64,000 nucleotides of DNA, from contig JBDRNJ010000072.1 in the NCBI GenBank assembly GCA_043811375.1, forward strand, positions 137,984 through 201,983, given 5' to 3'. The stretch comes from a bacterium. GTDB lineage: Bacteria > Zixibacteria > MSB-5A5 > GN15 > FEB-12. A program made the translations under genes and the position numbers. The notes under the pieces are model-generated. The model made no database searches and was not told the origin of the DNA. It saw nothing but the letters and a program-made list of their open reading frames with translations. This document shows, one piece after another, positions 9,281 to 19,698 of this stretch. How positions within the stretch are numbered: the stretch's first letter is position 1; every line of letters starts with the position of its first letter.

Positions 9281-9313
9281 CTGTGTGGCCGCGATCTCTG
9301 ATCGCGGTTCACC
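9281..9313 (-). repeat. hairpin repeat family R2, copy in inverted orientation
   Basis: ctgtgtggccgcgatctctgatcgcggttcacc starts 3 nt after the methyltransferase stop codon. Its reverse complement nearly equals 46744-46775, differing only in the loop. The stem is ccgcgatc/gatcgcgg. Confidence 0.8.
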
Positions 9314-9384
9314 AACCACGCACTTTCCCTACAACTTTTTACCAGATAACTGCCCTTCCCCTTATGTTATAGAAAGGCACAATT

Positions 9385-9906
9385 ATGTCAGGCACTAGCC
9401 CGAAGCAGCTCGAGGCCAACCGGCGCAACGCACCGCGCTCCACCGGCCCCCGGACTCCCGCAGGCAAATCGCGCGTGAAATTCAACGCGCTCAAGCATGG
9501 CCTGTTGGCGAAGTCCGTCATCCTGCCCATCCGCAGCCGCTCCGAAAAACGGAGCCACTTCGATGCCCTCCTGGCGCAGCTGATCGACGAACTCAAACCG
9601 GTTGGCATCCTGGAAGATATGCTGGTGGAGAAAATTGCTGTGTCGTACTGGCGCCTGCGCCGCGCCCTCCGCGCCGAAGCCGGCGAAATCTGTGACAACA
9701 TCCGCGATTTCCGCCGGTATCCCTACGCCACCGACCCCGCTACTCTCGCCCTTCCTTCATCCCGCGATACCCTCAAGATCGTCCGCTACCAAAATGCCAT
9801 CGAGCGTCAGCTTCATCGGGCTATCACCCAACTACAACGCCTGCAAGATCACCGTTGCCTTTCCCACGCTAACACCTCGGAGACACCGCCTATCGACGAA
9901 AAATAA
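9385..9906 (+). CDS. hypothetical protein with a basic N-terminus (NALKHGLLA motif) and a helical C-terminus
   Basis: 173-aa ORF with an ATG start and clearly higher GC than the neighbouring methyltransferase gene. No catalytic motif was recognised. The Arg/Lys-rich N-terminal 40 aa are followed by predicted helices (..WRLRRALRAEAGE.., ..QLHRAITQLQRLQDHR..). Confidence 0.55.
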   Translation: MSGTSPKQLEANRRNAPRSTGPRTPAGKSRVKFNALKHGLLAKSVILPIRSRSEKRSHFDALLAQLIDELKPVGILEDMLVEKIAVSYWRLRRALRAEAGEICDNIRDFRRYPYATDPATLALPSSRDTLKIVRYQNAIERQLHRAITQLQRLQDHRCLSHANTSETPPIDEK

Positions 9907-10138
9907 CGAAATTACGAAACAAACCCATTTTCATCCGTCCGTTCAGTCTGGATACAGTAGGTCAGTATCCTTGCGGTGACGACGAATGCTTGAATTGGCA
10001 GATTTCAATAAGATGGCATATACAAGACTATCAACGTAAAACTCTGTATTTGATCGGACCCCACTGGGCTCTCGACGTGCGTGGCATCCTGACCTTGATC
10101 TGGTCCGGGATGTGGTTCAACATACAGTTGCAAACCGC

Positions 10139-11110
10139 TCACTGAGCATCAATACTGAAGTATTCCTCCAGCAGCAGGTAGTTCATCCTGGCTTCGTGGT
10201 TGAGCCGGTTGAAATCATCAGTCTTTAGCCTGCCATCGTCTCCGAGCCTGACCAGCGCAAACGAATTGAACTCACGCTTCTGTTCGTCGACAGCCTCAAG
10301 CCGATCCGTGATTTCATCAGGCGTTAATTGTGAGCGTATCAGGCAGAATATCTGAGGTCTTTCGCCACGGAAGACTTCACGCGCGTAAGCCAGTGGGGTA
10401 ACAGCGAATTCCGACTCGTCCAGATTCAGTTCCTCGGTGACCTCTTGTTTCATCGCCCGGACGGCCAACTCGGCCAGATGACCATATCCCGGCGCGTAGT
10501 CGACCGCACCGGCGGCAGAGGGTCCGACGGATCCTTCCAGCGAGGCGACCGTGTCTGATCGCAACACCAAAAGTAGATACTGCCGATTGCCCTGCTTCAG
10601 CAACAGCCAGCCACAGATTCCGAGACATACCGCCAGCGGGTTTTGTTTCAGTCCCGGTTCCGGATATTTGATCTTGTAGTAATTCCTCAGGTATTCCCCC
10701 TGCCCGGCAAATAACGGATGAGGATAGTCGAGAGCAAAGCAACTACCCGCCTGGACGGAATAAGAACAGGGCTGGACCGTCATGTTGTACGGTCTCGAAT
10801 CCAGGCTGATGTCTACAACTTTCATAGCCTCGGGACCATCATAAAGGCGACCCTCTTTTCGCAGTAGGTCGGTCATCAGATATGCATATTCGGCAATAGA
10901 ACTGTCGCAGAATTCAAATCGGTCGGGGAGGTACTTGATCCTGATCTCCTGCGGATCAAGAGCGCCAGGACCGTAGAAACGGGCAATATCAATGTAACCG
11001 GAGTCGTACCGGCGATCAGCACCCGCCATTCGAACCCGAATCTGAGCCGGGGAACCGAAATGGCGAGCCAGAAAACGCTCGAAGCGATTGTAATTAAGGT
11101 ACTTCATCAC
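10139..11110 (-). CDS. Nudix-hydrolase-like protein (near-canonical Nudix box) with an uncharacterised N-terminal domain
   Basis: 323-aa ORF. GYGHLAELAVRAMKQEVTEELNL fits GX5EX7REUXEEXGU except for R->Q and G->N. The start overlaps the upstream EamA gene stop by 4 nt, which suggests translational coupling. Confidence 0.55.
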   Translation of the reverse strand: MMKYLNYNRFERFLARHFGSPAQIRVRMAGADRRYDSGYIDIARFYGPGALDPQEIRIKYLPDRFEFCDSSIAEYAYLMTDLLRKEGRLYDGPEAMKVVDISLDSRPYNMTVQPCSYSVQAGSCFALDYPHPLFAGQGEYLRNYYKIKYPEPGLKQNPLAVCLGICGWLLLKQGNRQYLLLVLRSDTVASLEGSVGPSAAGAVDYAPGYGHLAELAVRAMKQEVTEELNLDESEFAVTPLAYAREVFRGERPQIFCLIRSQLTPDEITDRLEAVDEQKREFNSFALVRLGDDGRLKTDDFNRLNHEARMNYLLLEEYFSIDAQ

Positions 11111-12036
11111 AAGAGGAAAATCATCGCCACGCCGGCTACCGTGACAACGGCACCCACGGCAGCTCTGAAGGTCACCTTCTCCTTATACCACCGGGCTACC
11201 AGTGGCAACACCAGGACGGGTGTAGTCGAATTGAGCGTCGCCGCCAGACCGGCCGGTATGTATTTGACCGAGACCAGAGACATCCAGACACCCAGAAACG
11301 GTCCCACAATCGCTCCGGCGACACAAAACGACAGCGCCCGGCCGTTTTTCATGGCGCGGATCGTTTGTATCATTTGGCCTCGACCGGCAGCCAGAATCCA
11401 AATGACCACCAGCGACACGACCATACGCACATAAGCCGCCTCAAGCGGCGCCAAGTCACCACCGGCACCAACCATGCCCTGTTTGGCCAGTACCAATCCC
11501 GCAGCCTGTCCCAGTGCCGCCACTATGCCCAGCAGCACCCCTTTGAACAGGGTACCCCGATCGGGGTGGTCCTGATCAAGTCCGAAGCGGTTGTCACTAT
11601 CGTACCTGCGCTCCAGCACCACCCAGGTAATACCGCCCAGTGTCACGGCGATACCCAGCAGGTTCATCAGGCTGAGGTGTTCTCCCAGAAACGGCCAGGC
11701 CATAATCGTGGCCATAACGGGAGCGCCGGCGTAAATCAAAGTTGCCAGCCGGGGACCGATCATTACCAGCGCTTTGAAACCGCAACCGTCCCCGATCACC
11801 AGCCCGACCACACCGGACAGTCCCAGCCAGAACAGTTGCTGTTGGTTCAAATCCCGGGGCCACAGAGACCCGGTGGTCAACAGTACCACTACCGCATACA
11901 CTACCACCGCCACCAGCAGGCGGATATTGTTAACGGTAAAAGAGCCGACCAGCCGTCCGGCCTGGGCGAAAAATATCGACGTGAAAGCCCACAAAAGAGC
12001 GGTGGCCAGTCCGGCCAGTTCACCTGTATATGGCAT
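11107..12036 (-). CDS. EamA/DMT-superfamily transporter
   Basis: 309 aa with about 10 hydrophobic helices in two similar halves, a Gly/Ala-rich sequence typical of EamA (RhaT/DMT) permeases. Confidence 0.75.
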   Translation of the reverse strand: MPYTGELAGLATALLWAFTSIFFAQAGRLVGSFTVNNIRLLVAVVVYAVVVLLTTGSLWPRDLNQQQLFWLGLSGVVGLVIGDGCGFKALVMIGPRLATLIYAGAPVMATIMAWPFLGEHLSLMNLLGIAVTLGGITWVVLERRYDSDNRFGLDQDHPDRGTLFKGVLLGIVAALGQAAGLVLAKQGMVGAGGDLAPLEAAYVRMVVSLVVIWILAAGRGQMIQTIRAMKNGRALSFCVAGAIVGPFLGVWMSLVSVKYIPAGLAATLNSTTPVLVLPLVARWYKEKVTFRAAVGAVVTVAGVAMIFLL

Positions 12037-12128
12037 GAGGGAATATATCGCGGGTAATGAACAAGGTCAACCGGACCGGGGCCGGGGTAGCGGTGGAAAC
12101 TTGTGGAGGGTATTCAGAAATGACTGTC

Positions 12129-12569
12129 TCAGGGAACAATCAGGCTCAGCTTGAACATGACGGAGCTGTTATCGTAATAGGCCAGCAGCTTCATATTGGG
12201 CGGCAGGAGCATCGATGAGGCGACGCCACCGACATCCACCAGTAGATCCCGACGGGACCAGCCTTCGCGATAGCCGTCATCGACCTCTTTCAGCAATCCC
12301 ATACCGAGAGCAAAAACACCGGCCAGTGTCTTGTCCCTGACAATCTGGTGAGTAATTTCCGTCAGCGCATATGTACCCATGTAGTGGGTCCACTTGTCGG
12401 GGGCTTTGATATACCAATTCTGATGATCGACATAGTACCAGGGATCACTGTCCAGATCCAGTCGTTTGAATTGACCGTCTCGGGGGTAGGACCCGGCCTG
12501 AGACTGCCCGAACAGGGCAACCGTCAGGCAGGCAGCAATTGACCACAGGCGTAAGATTCTGAGCGACAT
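12129..12569 (-). CDS. secreted YfiM/DUF2279-like protein
   Basis: Signal peptide MSLRILRLWSIAACLTVALFGQSQA. The motifs PDKWTHYMGTYA and LLKEVDDGYREGWSRRDLLVDVGG match my recollection of the DK..H / KE..D...S..D...D..G signature of YfiM-like proteins. Confidence 0.5.
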   Translation of the reverse strand: MSLRILRLWSIAACLTVALFGQSQAGSYPRDGQFKRLDLDSDPWYYVDHQNWYIKAPDKWTHYMGTYALTEITHQIVRDKTLAGVFALGMGLLKEVDDGYREGWSRRDLLVDVGGVASSMLLPPNMKLLAYYDNSSVMFKLSLIVP

Positions 12570-12818
12570 AAAAGTTTCCTTTCAGAATCCCTCATGGCGC
12601 AAGCCTTGTGCCTCCGAACGTTTTTTGTCAGATGAGTGTATCTTGTTGGGTTGGTGTTACTTACGCAGATGTCGGTAATTGCACACGGGTGCAATCACCT
12701 GACGGTCTGCAGAATTGTGCAGAGATTGGGGTGGGGGGGTGCGGATGGAGAGAGAGGGATCAGGAAACAAGCCGGATCTCATGCTGATATTGGAGTATTG
12801 ATGGCGCCTTCGGAAGTT

Positions 12819-14051
12819 CTATCTGCACGGGGTCATCTCCTCCGATAAGAACGACTGTCCACATCGGCTGATGCCTGCCACGATAAAAGCCATGGCATTT
12901 GTGTGTGTAAGATTGTATATCCACCTGTGTTGCCCCGAATCCGGAGTCATGAAGTCGGCACTAATCGAACCGTTGTAGGGTTCCCAACATATGATCGGCG
13001 TGCCAAAGACGAGTGTATCGAAGGCGACGGTAACGGTGTTCTCGTCGCAATTAGTGGCGACAGCCAAGCCAAAGGAGTCAGGACAGTAGATTCCCACAAG
13101 CAGGCTTATGGCATCTGAAGCGGTGCAGTACCTGTATGCAACACCATACCTACTACTCAGGTCGGCTAATATTTGCTGCACTGCCGCTGCTCGCGTTTTG
13201 AGCGTGTTGTTTTTTCTGTTTGTGCCACCGTAGTTGTGACAGTAGTATGCAAAGATGACATCTTCACCTGCAGATGCTCTTTCAAAGAGAGCCCGTAAAT
13301 GTGTCGTATCGGGTCTGTCGACGCATCTCACAACTTGTCGAGAGAGTGAACCACGCCTAAAGACGTTCTTCAGACTCGGTCGGTATGCAATAACGCTGAG
13401 GTCGATATCCGGCCAGTTGTTTGAATAATCAAACGGGATGAGACTGTCCAGCCAGTTGCTGAAATCAGTGTTTTCCCAGTTCCATCCGGAACGAAACGAA
13501 GCCGGATAGACACGGTTCAGATACACAAACGAAGCCATCTGGTCGAAGGCAAGCCGCCGATCTGTTTTTTCGCAGTAGACCGAGTCGGAAAAGGTTCGTA
13601 TCAGTTTCCATCCCTTCGCCTTGCGCCGTTCGTCCCAACACCAGTCCGCGTGATGGTAGTGCCAAGCCACTTCGTCACCGTGACTCAGCACCCTATCTTT
13701 GAATTGCTCCAGAAATCTCTCGGGTATAGCGTTGATACCTTGAGGGGTATGCCGGTATCCTTCTATGGTCATTAGAAACCAGGTGAACTTGACGTGTCCG
13801 CCAAAACTGTCTGTCAGGCTGTCCCGCCATGCAGTCTCAAACGTTTGATCGATGAGATTTCCCGGAACAAAGGTATTCATGTTTAGTGATTGGGAATAGC
13901 AATAGTAGTTGAAGGCGTTTGATTCCGTATCAACGCAGTCGACAACATATACAATTCCTGGTACTCGCTTTTTGAGGAACCGGCCCCCCATACACGCAGA
14001 CATAAGGAAACATGCACCGACCGCAAACATAAATGCTGACGGCTTTATCAT
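12819..14051 (-). CDS. hypothetical secreted protein (possibly polysaccharide-deacetylase-like)
   Basis: 410-aa ORF with an N-terminal hydrophobic signal (MIKPSAFMFAVGACFLMSAC) and lower GC than its flanks by eye. VYVVDCVDTES and AWHYHHADW weakly recall metal-dependent carbohydrate esterase motifs. The function is not established. Confidence 0.45.
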   Translation of the reverse strand: MIKPSAFMFAVGACFLMSACMGGRFLKKRVPGIVYVVDCVDTESNAFNYYCYSQSLNMNTFVPGNLIDQTFETAWRDSLTDSFGGHVKFTWFLMTIEGYRHTPQGINAIPERFLEQFKDRVLSHGDEVAWHYHHADWCWDERRKAKGWKLIRTFSDSVYCEKTDRRLAFDQMASFVYLNRVYPASFRSGWNWENTDFSNWLDSLIPFDYSNNWPDIDLSVIAYRPSLKNVFRRGSLSRQVVRCVDRPDTTHLRALFERASAGEDVIFAYYCHNYGGTNRKNNTLKTRAAAVQQILADLSSRYGVAYRYCTASDAISLLVGIYCPDSFGLAVATNCDENTVTVAFDTLVFGTPIICWEPYNGSISADFMTPDSGQHRWIYNLTHTNAMAFIVAGISRCGQSFLSEEMTPCR

Positions 14052-14116
14052 TTCTTAAGAGCGCAATATGACGGCCGGATGCTGGAGTGTCCAAAGGGCC
14101 GTAGAATACTCGTAAC

Positions 14117-16543
14117 TCACCCCTCGTTCGCCACCCGCGCTACATCGATTACGACATCGCCGCCCTTCAGCGAGATCAGCCGCACGCCCTGGGTGTTGCG
14201 GCCGATGACTTTGATGTCCTTAACTGCCTGGCGGTTGGCGATGCCTTTTTTGGTGATCAGGATCAGTTCGTCACCGTCGAGGATTTCCTTGATCGTCACT
14301 ACCTCGCCGTTGCGATCGGAGGTCTTGACATTGATGACTCCCTTGCCACCCCGGTTGGTCATGCGGTAATCGTCAATAGAGGTGCGCTTGCCGTAGCCGT
14401 TTTCAGTCACTACCAAAAGCGAGCTGTCACGCTTGACAACCACCATGCCGATGACATAGTCACCCTTGGCCAGGTTGATCCCCTTGACTCCGTAGGCGGT
14501 GCGGCCCATCGAGCGGACTTTCTCCTCCTGGAAACGGATCGCCATCCCCTTACGGGTGGCCAGGACGATCTCATACGAGCCGTCGGTCAGAGCGGCCTCG
14601 ATCAACTCATCGCCTTTGGGAATATTCATGGCGTTGACGCCGGTCACGCGCGGGTTAGCGAATGCATCCAGCGACGTTTTCTTGATGATACCAGCGCGGG
14701 TTGCCATGACGATAAACATATCCGGCGAGAAACTGCGTACTTTGCAGAAAGCGGTAACTTGCTCGTCTCGCTCCATGCTGCACATGTTGACAACCGGCTT
14801 ACCCTTGGCCAGCTTGCCGCCGGTGGGTATAGCGTGCACTTTGACCCAGTAACACCGCCCCTTGCTGGAGAAGAACAGGATGTAGTCGTGGGTAGAGGCG
14901 ATGAAGAGATGCTCGGCAAAATCATCTTCCCTGGTCTCAATGCCGATAACTCCCTTGCCGCCGCGCTGCTGCCGACGGTAGGCCGTAACCGAAAGACGTT
15001 TGACGTAACCGAGGTGCGAGATCGTTATCACCACCTCCTCTTCGGCGATCAGGTCTTCAACGGTGAGGTCCTCGGCCGCTTCCTGTATCTCGGTGCGGCG
15101 GTCGTCGCCGAATTTTTTCGCCAGTTGTTCGGTCTCGTCCTTGATGATCTGCATTCGCAGTTGTTTGGAGTCAAGAATCGACTTCAGTTCGCTGATCTTC
15201 TTGATCAGTTCACGGTACTCTTCCTGGATTTTCTTTCGCTCCAGGCCGGTCAGGCGTTGCAACCGCATTTCCAGAATGGCCGTAGCCTGTTTATCCGACA
15301 GCTTAAACTTGTTCATAAGGCCGTCATGAGCGGTGGGCGTATCTTTGGACTTCTTGATCAGCGCGATCACTTCATCGATATGATCCAGCGCAATCCGGTA
15401 ACCCTCGAGGATATGCGCCCGTTCCTCGGCTTTGCGCAACTCGAAGGTCGTCCGGCGCACCACTACTTCGTGACGATGGTCGACAAACGCGTCAAGCAGT
15501 TGTTTCAGGGTCAGCAGCCGGGGTTGACCGTGGTCCAGCCCCAGCAGCATGACTGAGAACGTTGTCTGCATGGTGGTATGTTTGTAGAGCTGGTTGAGCA
15601 CCACCTCCGCCTGAACGTCGCGTTTGAGTTCGATAACAATGCGCATGCCGTCGCGGTCGGATTCATCGCGCAGATCGGAGATGCCCTCAATCCGCTTGTC
15701 GCGCACCAGGTCGGCGATCTTCTCCAGCAGGTGTGATTTGTTGACCTGGTAAGGAATTTCGGAAACGATAATCATTTCCTTGCCGTTTTTCATCCGTTCC
15801 ACAGCCACCCTGGCCCGCACGGGGATATGTCCCTTGCCGGTGGTGTAGGCCTGGTGTATCCCGGCACGGCCGTTGATTATTCCCCCGGTGGGAAAATCAG
15901 GTCCCGGCACCAGTTCTTTCAGATCCTCGTTAGTGCACTCCGGATCATCGATAACACGCGCAATTGCCCGGGCAATCTCGGTCAGGTTATGCGGAGGGAT
16001 ACTGGTCGCCATCCCGACCGCGATACCCGTGGTCCCGTTGCACAGCAGATTGGGGAACTTGCCGGGCAGCACTTTCGGTTCCTTGCGGGTGACGTCATAG
16101 TTGGGCATAAAGTCGACCGTTTCCTTCTCCAGGTCGGCCAGTACCTCGACGGCTATGGGAGACAGCCGCGCCTCCGTGTAACGCATCGCCGCCGCGCCGT
16201 CGCCGTCGACAGAACCGAAATTGCCCTGCCCGTCCACCAGCGGATAACGCATGCTGAAATCCTGCGCCATGCGCACCAGCGTCGGGTAGACCACCTGCTC
16301 GCCGTGGGGGTGGTAGTTACCGGACGTGTCGCCGGCGATCTTGGCACACTTGCGATGTGGCCGTCCCGGTGACAGGTGCAGGTCGTTCATGGCCACCAGG
16401 ATGCGACGGTTGGACGGTTTCATGCCGTCGCGGATATCCGGCAGCGCCCGGTTGGTGATGACCGACATGGAGTAATCGAGGTAGGAGGATTTCATCTCCT
16501 CCTCAAGGAAGATGGTGTCGATTTTCTGTCGTTCAAGAGCCAT
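14117..16543 (-). CDS. gyrA: DNA gyrase subunit A
   Basis: 808 aa. [36 protein letters not shown] and [11 protein letters not shown] (catalytic Tyr region) are present, with C-terminal beta-pinwheel repeats. Confidence 0.95.
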   Translation of the reverse strand: MALERQKIDTIFLEEEMKSSYLDYSMSVITNRALPDIRDGMKPSNRRILVAMNDLHLSPGRPHRKCAKIAGDTSGNYHPHGEQVVYPTLVRMAQDFSMRYPLVDGQGNFGSVDGDGAAAMRYTEARLSPIAVEVLADLEKETVDFMPNYDVTRKEPKVLPGKFPNLLCNGTTGIAVGMATSIPPHNLTEIARAIARVIDDPECTNEDLKELVPGPDFPTGGIINGRAGIHQAYTTGKGHIPVRARVAVERMKNGKEMIIVSEIPYQVNKSHLLEKIADLVRDKRIEGISDLRDESDRDGMRIVIELKRDVQAEVVLNQLYKHTTMQTTFSVMLLGLDHGQPRLLTLKQLLDAFVDHRHEVVVRRTTFELRKAEERAHILEGYRIALDHIDEVIALIKKSKDTPTAHDGLMNKFKLSDKQATAILEMRLQRLTGLERKKIQEEYRELIKKISELKSILDSKQLRMQIIKDETEQLAKKFGDDRRTEIQEAAEDLTVEDLIAEEEVVITISHLGYVKRLSVTAYRRQQRGGKGVIGIETREDDFAEHLFIASTHDYILFFSSKGRCYWVKVHAIPTGGKLAKGKPVVNMCSMERDEQVTAFCKVRSFSPDMFIVMATRAGIIKKTSLDAFANPRVTGVNAMNIPKGDELIEAALTDGSYEIVLATRKGMAIRFQEEKVRSMGRTAYGVKGINLAKGDYVIGMVVVKRDSSLLVVTENGYGKRTSIDDYRMTNRGGKGVINVKTSDRNGEVVTIKEILDGDELILITKKGIANRQAVKDIKVIGRNTQGVRLISLKGGDVVIDVARVANEG

Positions 16544-16759
16544 AAGGGGAACAAGTTCCTTTTATTTCATCAGGTATGTATCTCTATTTTCAATCCTTTA
16601 AGTTACGATTCAACTACGCACAAAGCAACAAAAAAACCGGCGGCGGGCGGATTTATAATGTTGGGCGGCAGGGGGTTATGGGGAGCTCTCCGTGCAATGA
16701 AAAAGTGATGCTTGCAGCTTGTTTGATTGGAGAGAGGGGCGGACTGAAGATTGCTCACC

Positions 16760-18658
16760 CTACCGACTGCGCTGAGCCGCCAGTTTTCTCTCCGTTATGG
16801 CCTCAACCTCGGGCCAGTACCAGGGTACCAGTTTCTGAATCCATCTTTTATGCACTTCTGCCTTGTTTTCATCACTCGTCATCCGGCTGCGCAAGTATAA
16901 GTATTGATGCGCTTCATAGACCAGCGAGTCCTGCTGCACTAATTCGTTCAACAACCGCCATCCAATCTCATCCTGAGACATCTCCATATGTAATAGTGCT
17001 TTCTCATAGACCAAGTATGGGTAATATGGTTGCGGCGACAATGCCATGGCCCGGTTGAAGCAATCCATTGCCTCCCGGTATTGCATTCTTGCCTGGTAGG
17101 CGTGTCCCTTGGCGAAGAGGTGTACATATTCGATGGGATATGTGGCTATCGGTTCGCCGGCAAAATCTCTAACCTTCTTGAATGCGATCTCCATAGTGGG
17201 TCTTGACCGGGCATCCTTTCGCCTGTAAACCCAACCGATTCCGCGGTAGCCCTCCAAAAACTGCGGATAGAGTAAAAGTGCCTGTTCCGCTGGTGCCGAT
17301 GGCTTCGCACCGGTAGAAAAGGTAATGTAGTCGGGTGCTCTTTTTAGTACATAGCGGGAATTGAAACTGTGTTCCTTCCAGGTTGTCTGCATACCGGGTA
17401 TAGGCGGCTCCGGGTGGCGGGCTATAGTCGAGTCGGTCAGACCGAGCAGGTCGATCACGTCGTGCCCCATCAGTTCATAACCGAAAATCCCTATGGTAGA
17501 CATGGCTACGGAGAAGTTAGTGGAATCGGCCAGCTTCATCTGTGATGCCAGGAAGCTCATTTTTCGCGTGTGGACTTTTTCGTTGTGATTGAATAGCAGA
17601 ACGAAATTTCGTGGGATATTGTAAGTCAATGCAAGAGCAACAACAGCGGACAAGAACAAGATCAGGACCTTTGTCTGCAAAACGCGTCTGGCAAGAAAAA
17701 GCCATATCGAGAGAGTGAAGAGTACCCCAAAGATACCGAAGAGCGGCAGAAAGAACCGATGCACCTTCAGGACATCACCACCGACCAGAATAATGTAGAC
17801 TACGTACAGTACAGCGAACAGCCAAATCGATCTGGCCATCTTCGGTAATCGTCGGAAAAAAAACACCGGGACCACCAAGCTCAAACCGTAAAGCCAGTAA
17901 TGCCGGAAAAAGCGACCCGCGTACTCCAGACCGCTGGTTGCCTGCTCCAGACTAAATCCCGTTTTCGCATAGAAGGGATTGGGCAACAGGGAACCGTAGT
18001 ACCATATCTTGAAGACGACATAAGGTAGCGACAGGACAAAAGCAATAAGACCTGCGCTCAGGCAAAACCGCGGAAATCTTTTTTCCACGACTGTCTCCAC
18101 CAGCACCAGCAAACCGGCCACCAGAGCACCCTCGGGACGTATCCAGACAAGTAACAACAAACCGAGTATTAGCCACCAGTTGCGCCTGAGATAACAGTAC
18201 AGTGAGAAGATAACCAGGAAACCAAATGCCGCCGTCTCCAGCCCGGCGGGTGACCAATAGGCATGCGACATACTGGCCGCTACCAGATAAACCGGCAGAA
18301 ACGATACCCACCGGTCGCGATCGGCAAAAACCAGCCGCGCCAGAAAGTACACCAGCACAATTGTCGCAGCCCCGAATAGAAAACCGGTTATCTTGGATAC
18401 GAGAATGTAATTGACGCCCAGCGCCCCCCACAGTATCAGGTAGATAACCCAGCCGAAATTAGTGAAACCCTCCACTCTCTCGCCGATGTTGTATACCAGG
18501 CCGTCGCCGTTCAGGTAATTTTGCACGTAACGATACGATATATATGCATCGTCCTGAGTGAAATCGAGATCACGCGCCAAATATGTATAGATCAACAGGG
18601 CGGGAACAAGGACCAGCAACCAACTGATCGCGCGCTTTAATGATATAGATTCCATCAC
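16760..18658 (-). CDS. polytopic membrane protein, GT-C-type glycosyltransferase-like, with C-terminal TPR-like domain
   Basis: 632 aa. The N-terminal loop motif DDAYISYRYVQNYLNGDGLVYN is followed by about 12 hydrophobic helices. The soluble C-terminal part (~200 aa) has TPR-like helices (..QARMQYREAMDCFNRAMALSPQ..). Confidence 0.55.
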   Translation of the reverse strand: MMESISLKRAISWLLVLVPALLIYTYLARDLDFTQDDAYISYRYVQNYLNGDGLVYNIGERVEGFTNFGWVIYLILWGALGVNYILVSKITGFLFGAATIVLVYFLARLVFADRDRWVSFLPVYLVAASMSHAYWSPAGLETAAFGFLVIFSLYCYLRRNWWLILGLLLLVWIRPEGALVAGLLVLVETVVEKRFPRFCLSAGLIAFVLSLPYVVFKIWYYGSLLPNPFYAKTGFSLEQATSGLEYAGRFFRHYWLYGLSLVVPVFFFRRLPKMARSIWLFAVLYVVYIILVGGDVLKVHRFFLPLFGIFGVLFTLSIWLFLARRVLQTKVLILFLSAVVALALTYNIPRNFVLLFNHNEKVHTRKMSFLASQMKLADSTNFSVAMSTIGIFGYELMGHDVIDLLGLTDSTIARHPEPPIPGMQTTWKEHSFNSRYVLKRAPDYITFSTGAKPSAPAEQALLLYPQFLEGYRGIGWVYRRKDARSRPTMEIAFKKVRDFAGEPIATYPIEYVHLFAKGHAYQARMQYREAMDCFNRAMALSPQPYYPYLVYEKALLHMEMSQDEIGWRLLNELVQQDSLVYEAHQYLYLRSRMTSDENKAEVHKRWIQKLVPWYWPEVEAITERKLAAQRSR

Positions 18659-18760
18659 TTGTTATAAGGCAAGCTAATCACCTGGCAACTTTCCCCAATT
18701 GTCTCAGTATATGTACTGTTCTGCCCCAACTTGTCAAGTGAGTTGATACTCTGATCCCCC

Positions 18761-19681
18761 CTACCCCTCAAACGGATGATCCTTCATGAAATCGGGGCGG
18801 TAGTGGTGAGGGCTGGAAAGTTCCTGCACGAATCCCCGGTGAAAACCAAGCCGTTCAAGTTCATCCAGAACTTCATCGTACTCGTCAGGCGTCAGGAGGC
18901 GACCGAGGACGGGATGGTCGGCCACCGCCGGGGTCGGGTAGTATTGTGACATAAGCGAGATGTAAACGTCCGGCGACAGTTGTTCGGCAATAAAGCGCAG
19001 CACCCCCTTGCTGTTTTCCACATGACCCGGTAATACCAGATGCCGGATTATCATTCCCGAGGTAATCAGGCCGTCGGCGTCCAGTGTAATGTCGGCCCCT
19101 TTCTGGCGGAACATCTCTTTGATCGCCGCCCCGGCAATCCGGGGATAGTCAGGCGTGTCGGAATATTCCAACCCCAGGTCGGTATCGGCGTACTTCATAT
19201 CGGGCAGGTAGACATCGATGATGCCATCCAAAGATCGTATCGTCTCCACTTTGTCGTAGCCGTTGGTGTTGTACAGAAAGACGGGGTTGCGGCCACGATC
19301 CCTGACGGCATCAATGATACCCCGCACCTGCGGCAGGACGTGCGATGGTGAGACAAAACCTACTGACCTGCAACCGGCATCAAGATGGGCTTCGATTCGA
19401 TCCACAAGTTGTAGAAGACTGATCTCATGGGAAATAGATGACACTTGTGTCCGGCTGATGTCGTAGTTCTGGCAGAAGATGCACTGCATATTGCAGTGAG
19501 CGAAAAAGATATTGCAGATACCGTGGCGACCGGAGATAACCGGCTCCTCGCCGCGATGAGCGCAGATGGAGGCAAACGAGAGGTCGGTACCTGTACGGCA
19601 CCAGCCGAGTTTATCGCTGGTCCGGTCAGCCCGGCATTCACGCGGGCAGCAGGTACATTCTTTCAGTTCATCGAACGGCAT
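18761..19681 (-). CDS. radical SAM protein, PflX-like (pyruvate formate-lyase activase-related, COG1313-type)
   Basis: CCPRECRADR...GWCRTG...AHRGEEPVISGRHGICNIFFAHCNMQCIFCQNYDIS contains the CX3CX2C cluster motif. I prefer the ATG at 19681 (MPFDELKECT...), because the ORF-track start at 19759 extends into the repeat element. Confidence 0.82.
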   Translation of the reverse strand: MPFDELKECTCCPRECRADRTSDKLGWCRTGTDLSFASICAHRGEEPVISGRHGICNIFFAHCNMQCIFCQNYDISRTQVSSISHEISLLQLVDRIEAHLDAGCRSVGFVSPSHVLPQVRGIIDAVRDRGRNPVFLYNTNGYDKVETIRSLDGIIDVYLPDMKYADTDLGLEYSDTPDYPRIAGAAIKEMFRQKGADITLDADGLITSGMIIRHLVLPGHVENSKGVLRFIAEQLSPDVYISLMSQYYPTPAVADHPVLGRLLTPDEYDEVLDELERLGFHRGFVQELSSPHHYRPDFMKDHPFEG

Positions 19682-19698
19682 TTGCCAATGACCGATAG

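Noticed and set aside
12728-12739. G4-T-G7 tract in the 12570-12818 spacer, considered as a phase-variation tract or G-quadruplex
   Set aside because: It is a single tract with no clear relation to a -35/-10 spacer or a reading frame. This is not enough evidence without population data.
14759-15556. 265-aa plus-strand ORF, plus the other plus-strand ORFs between 14079 and 16708
   Set aside because: They are antisense to gyrA and carry no motifs. They are shadow ORFs.
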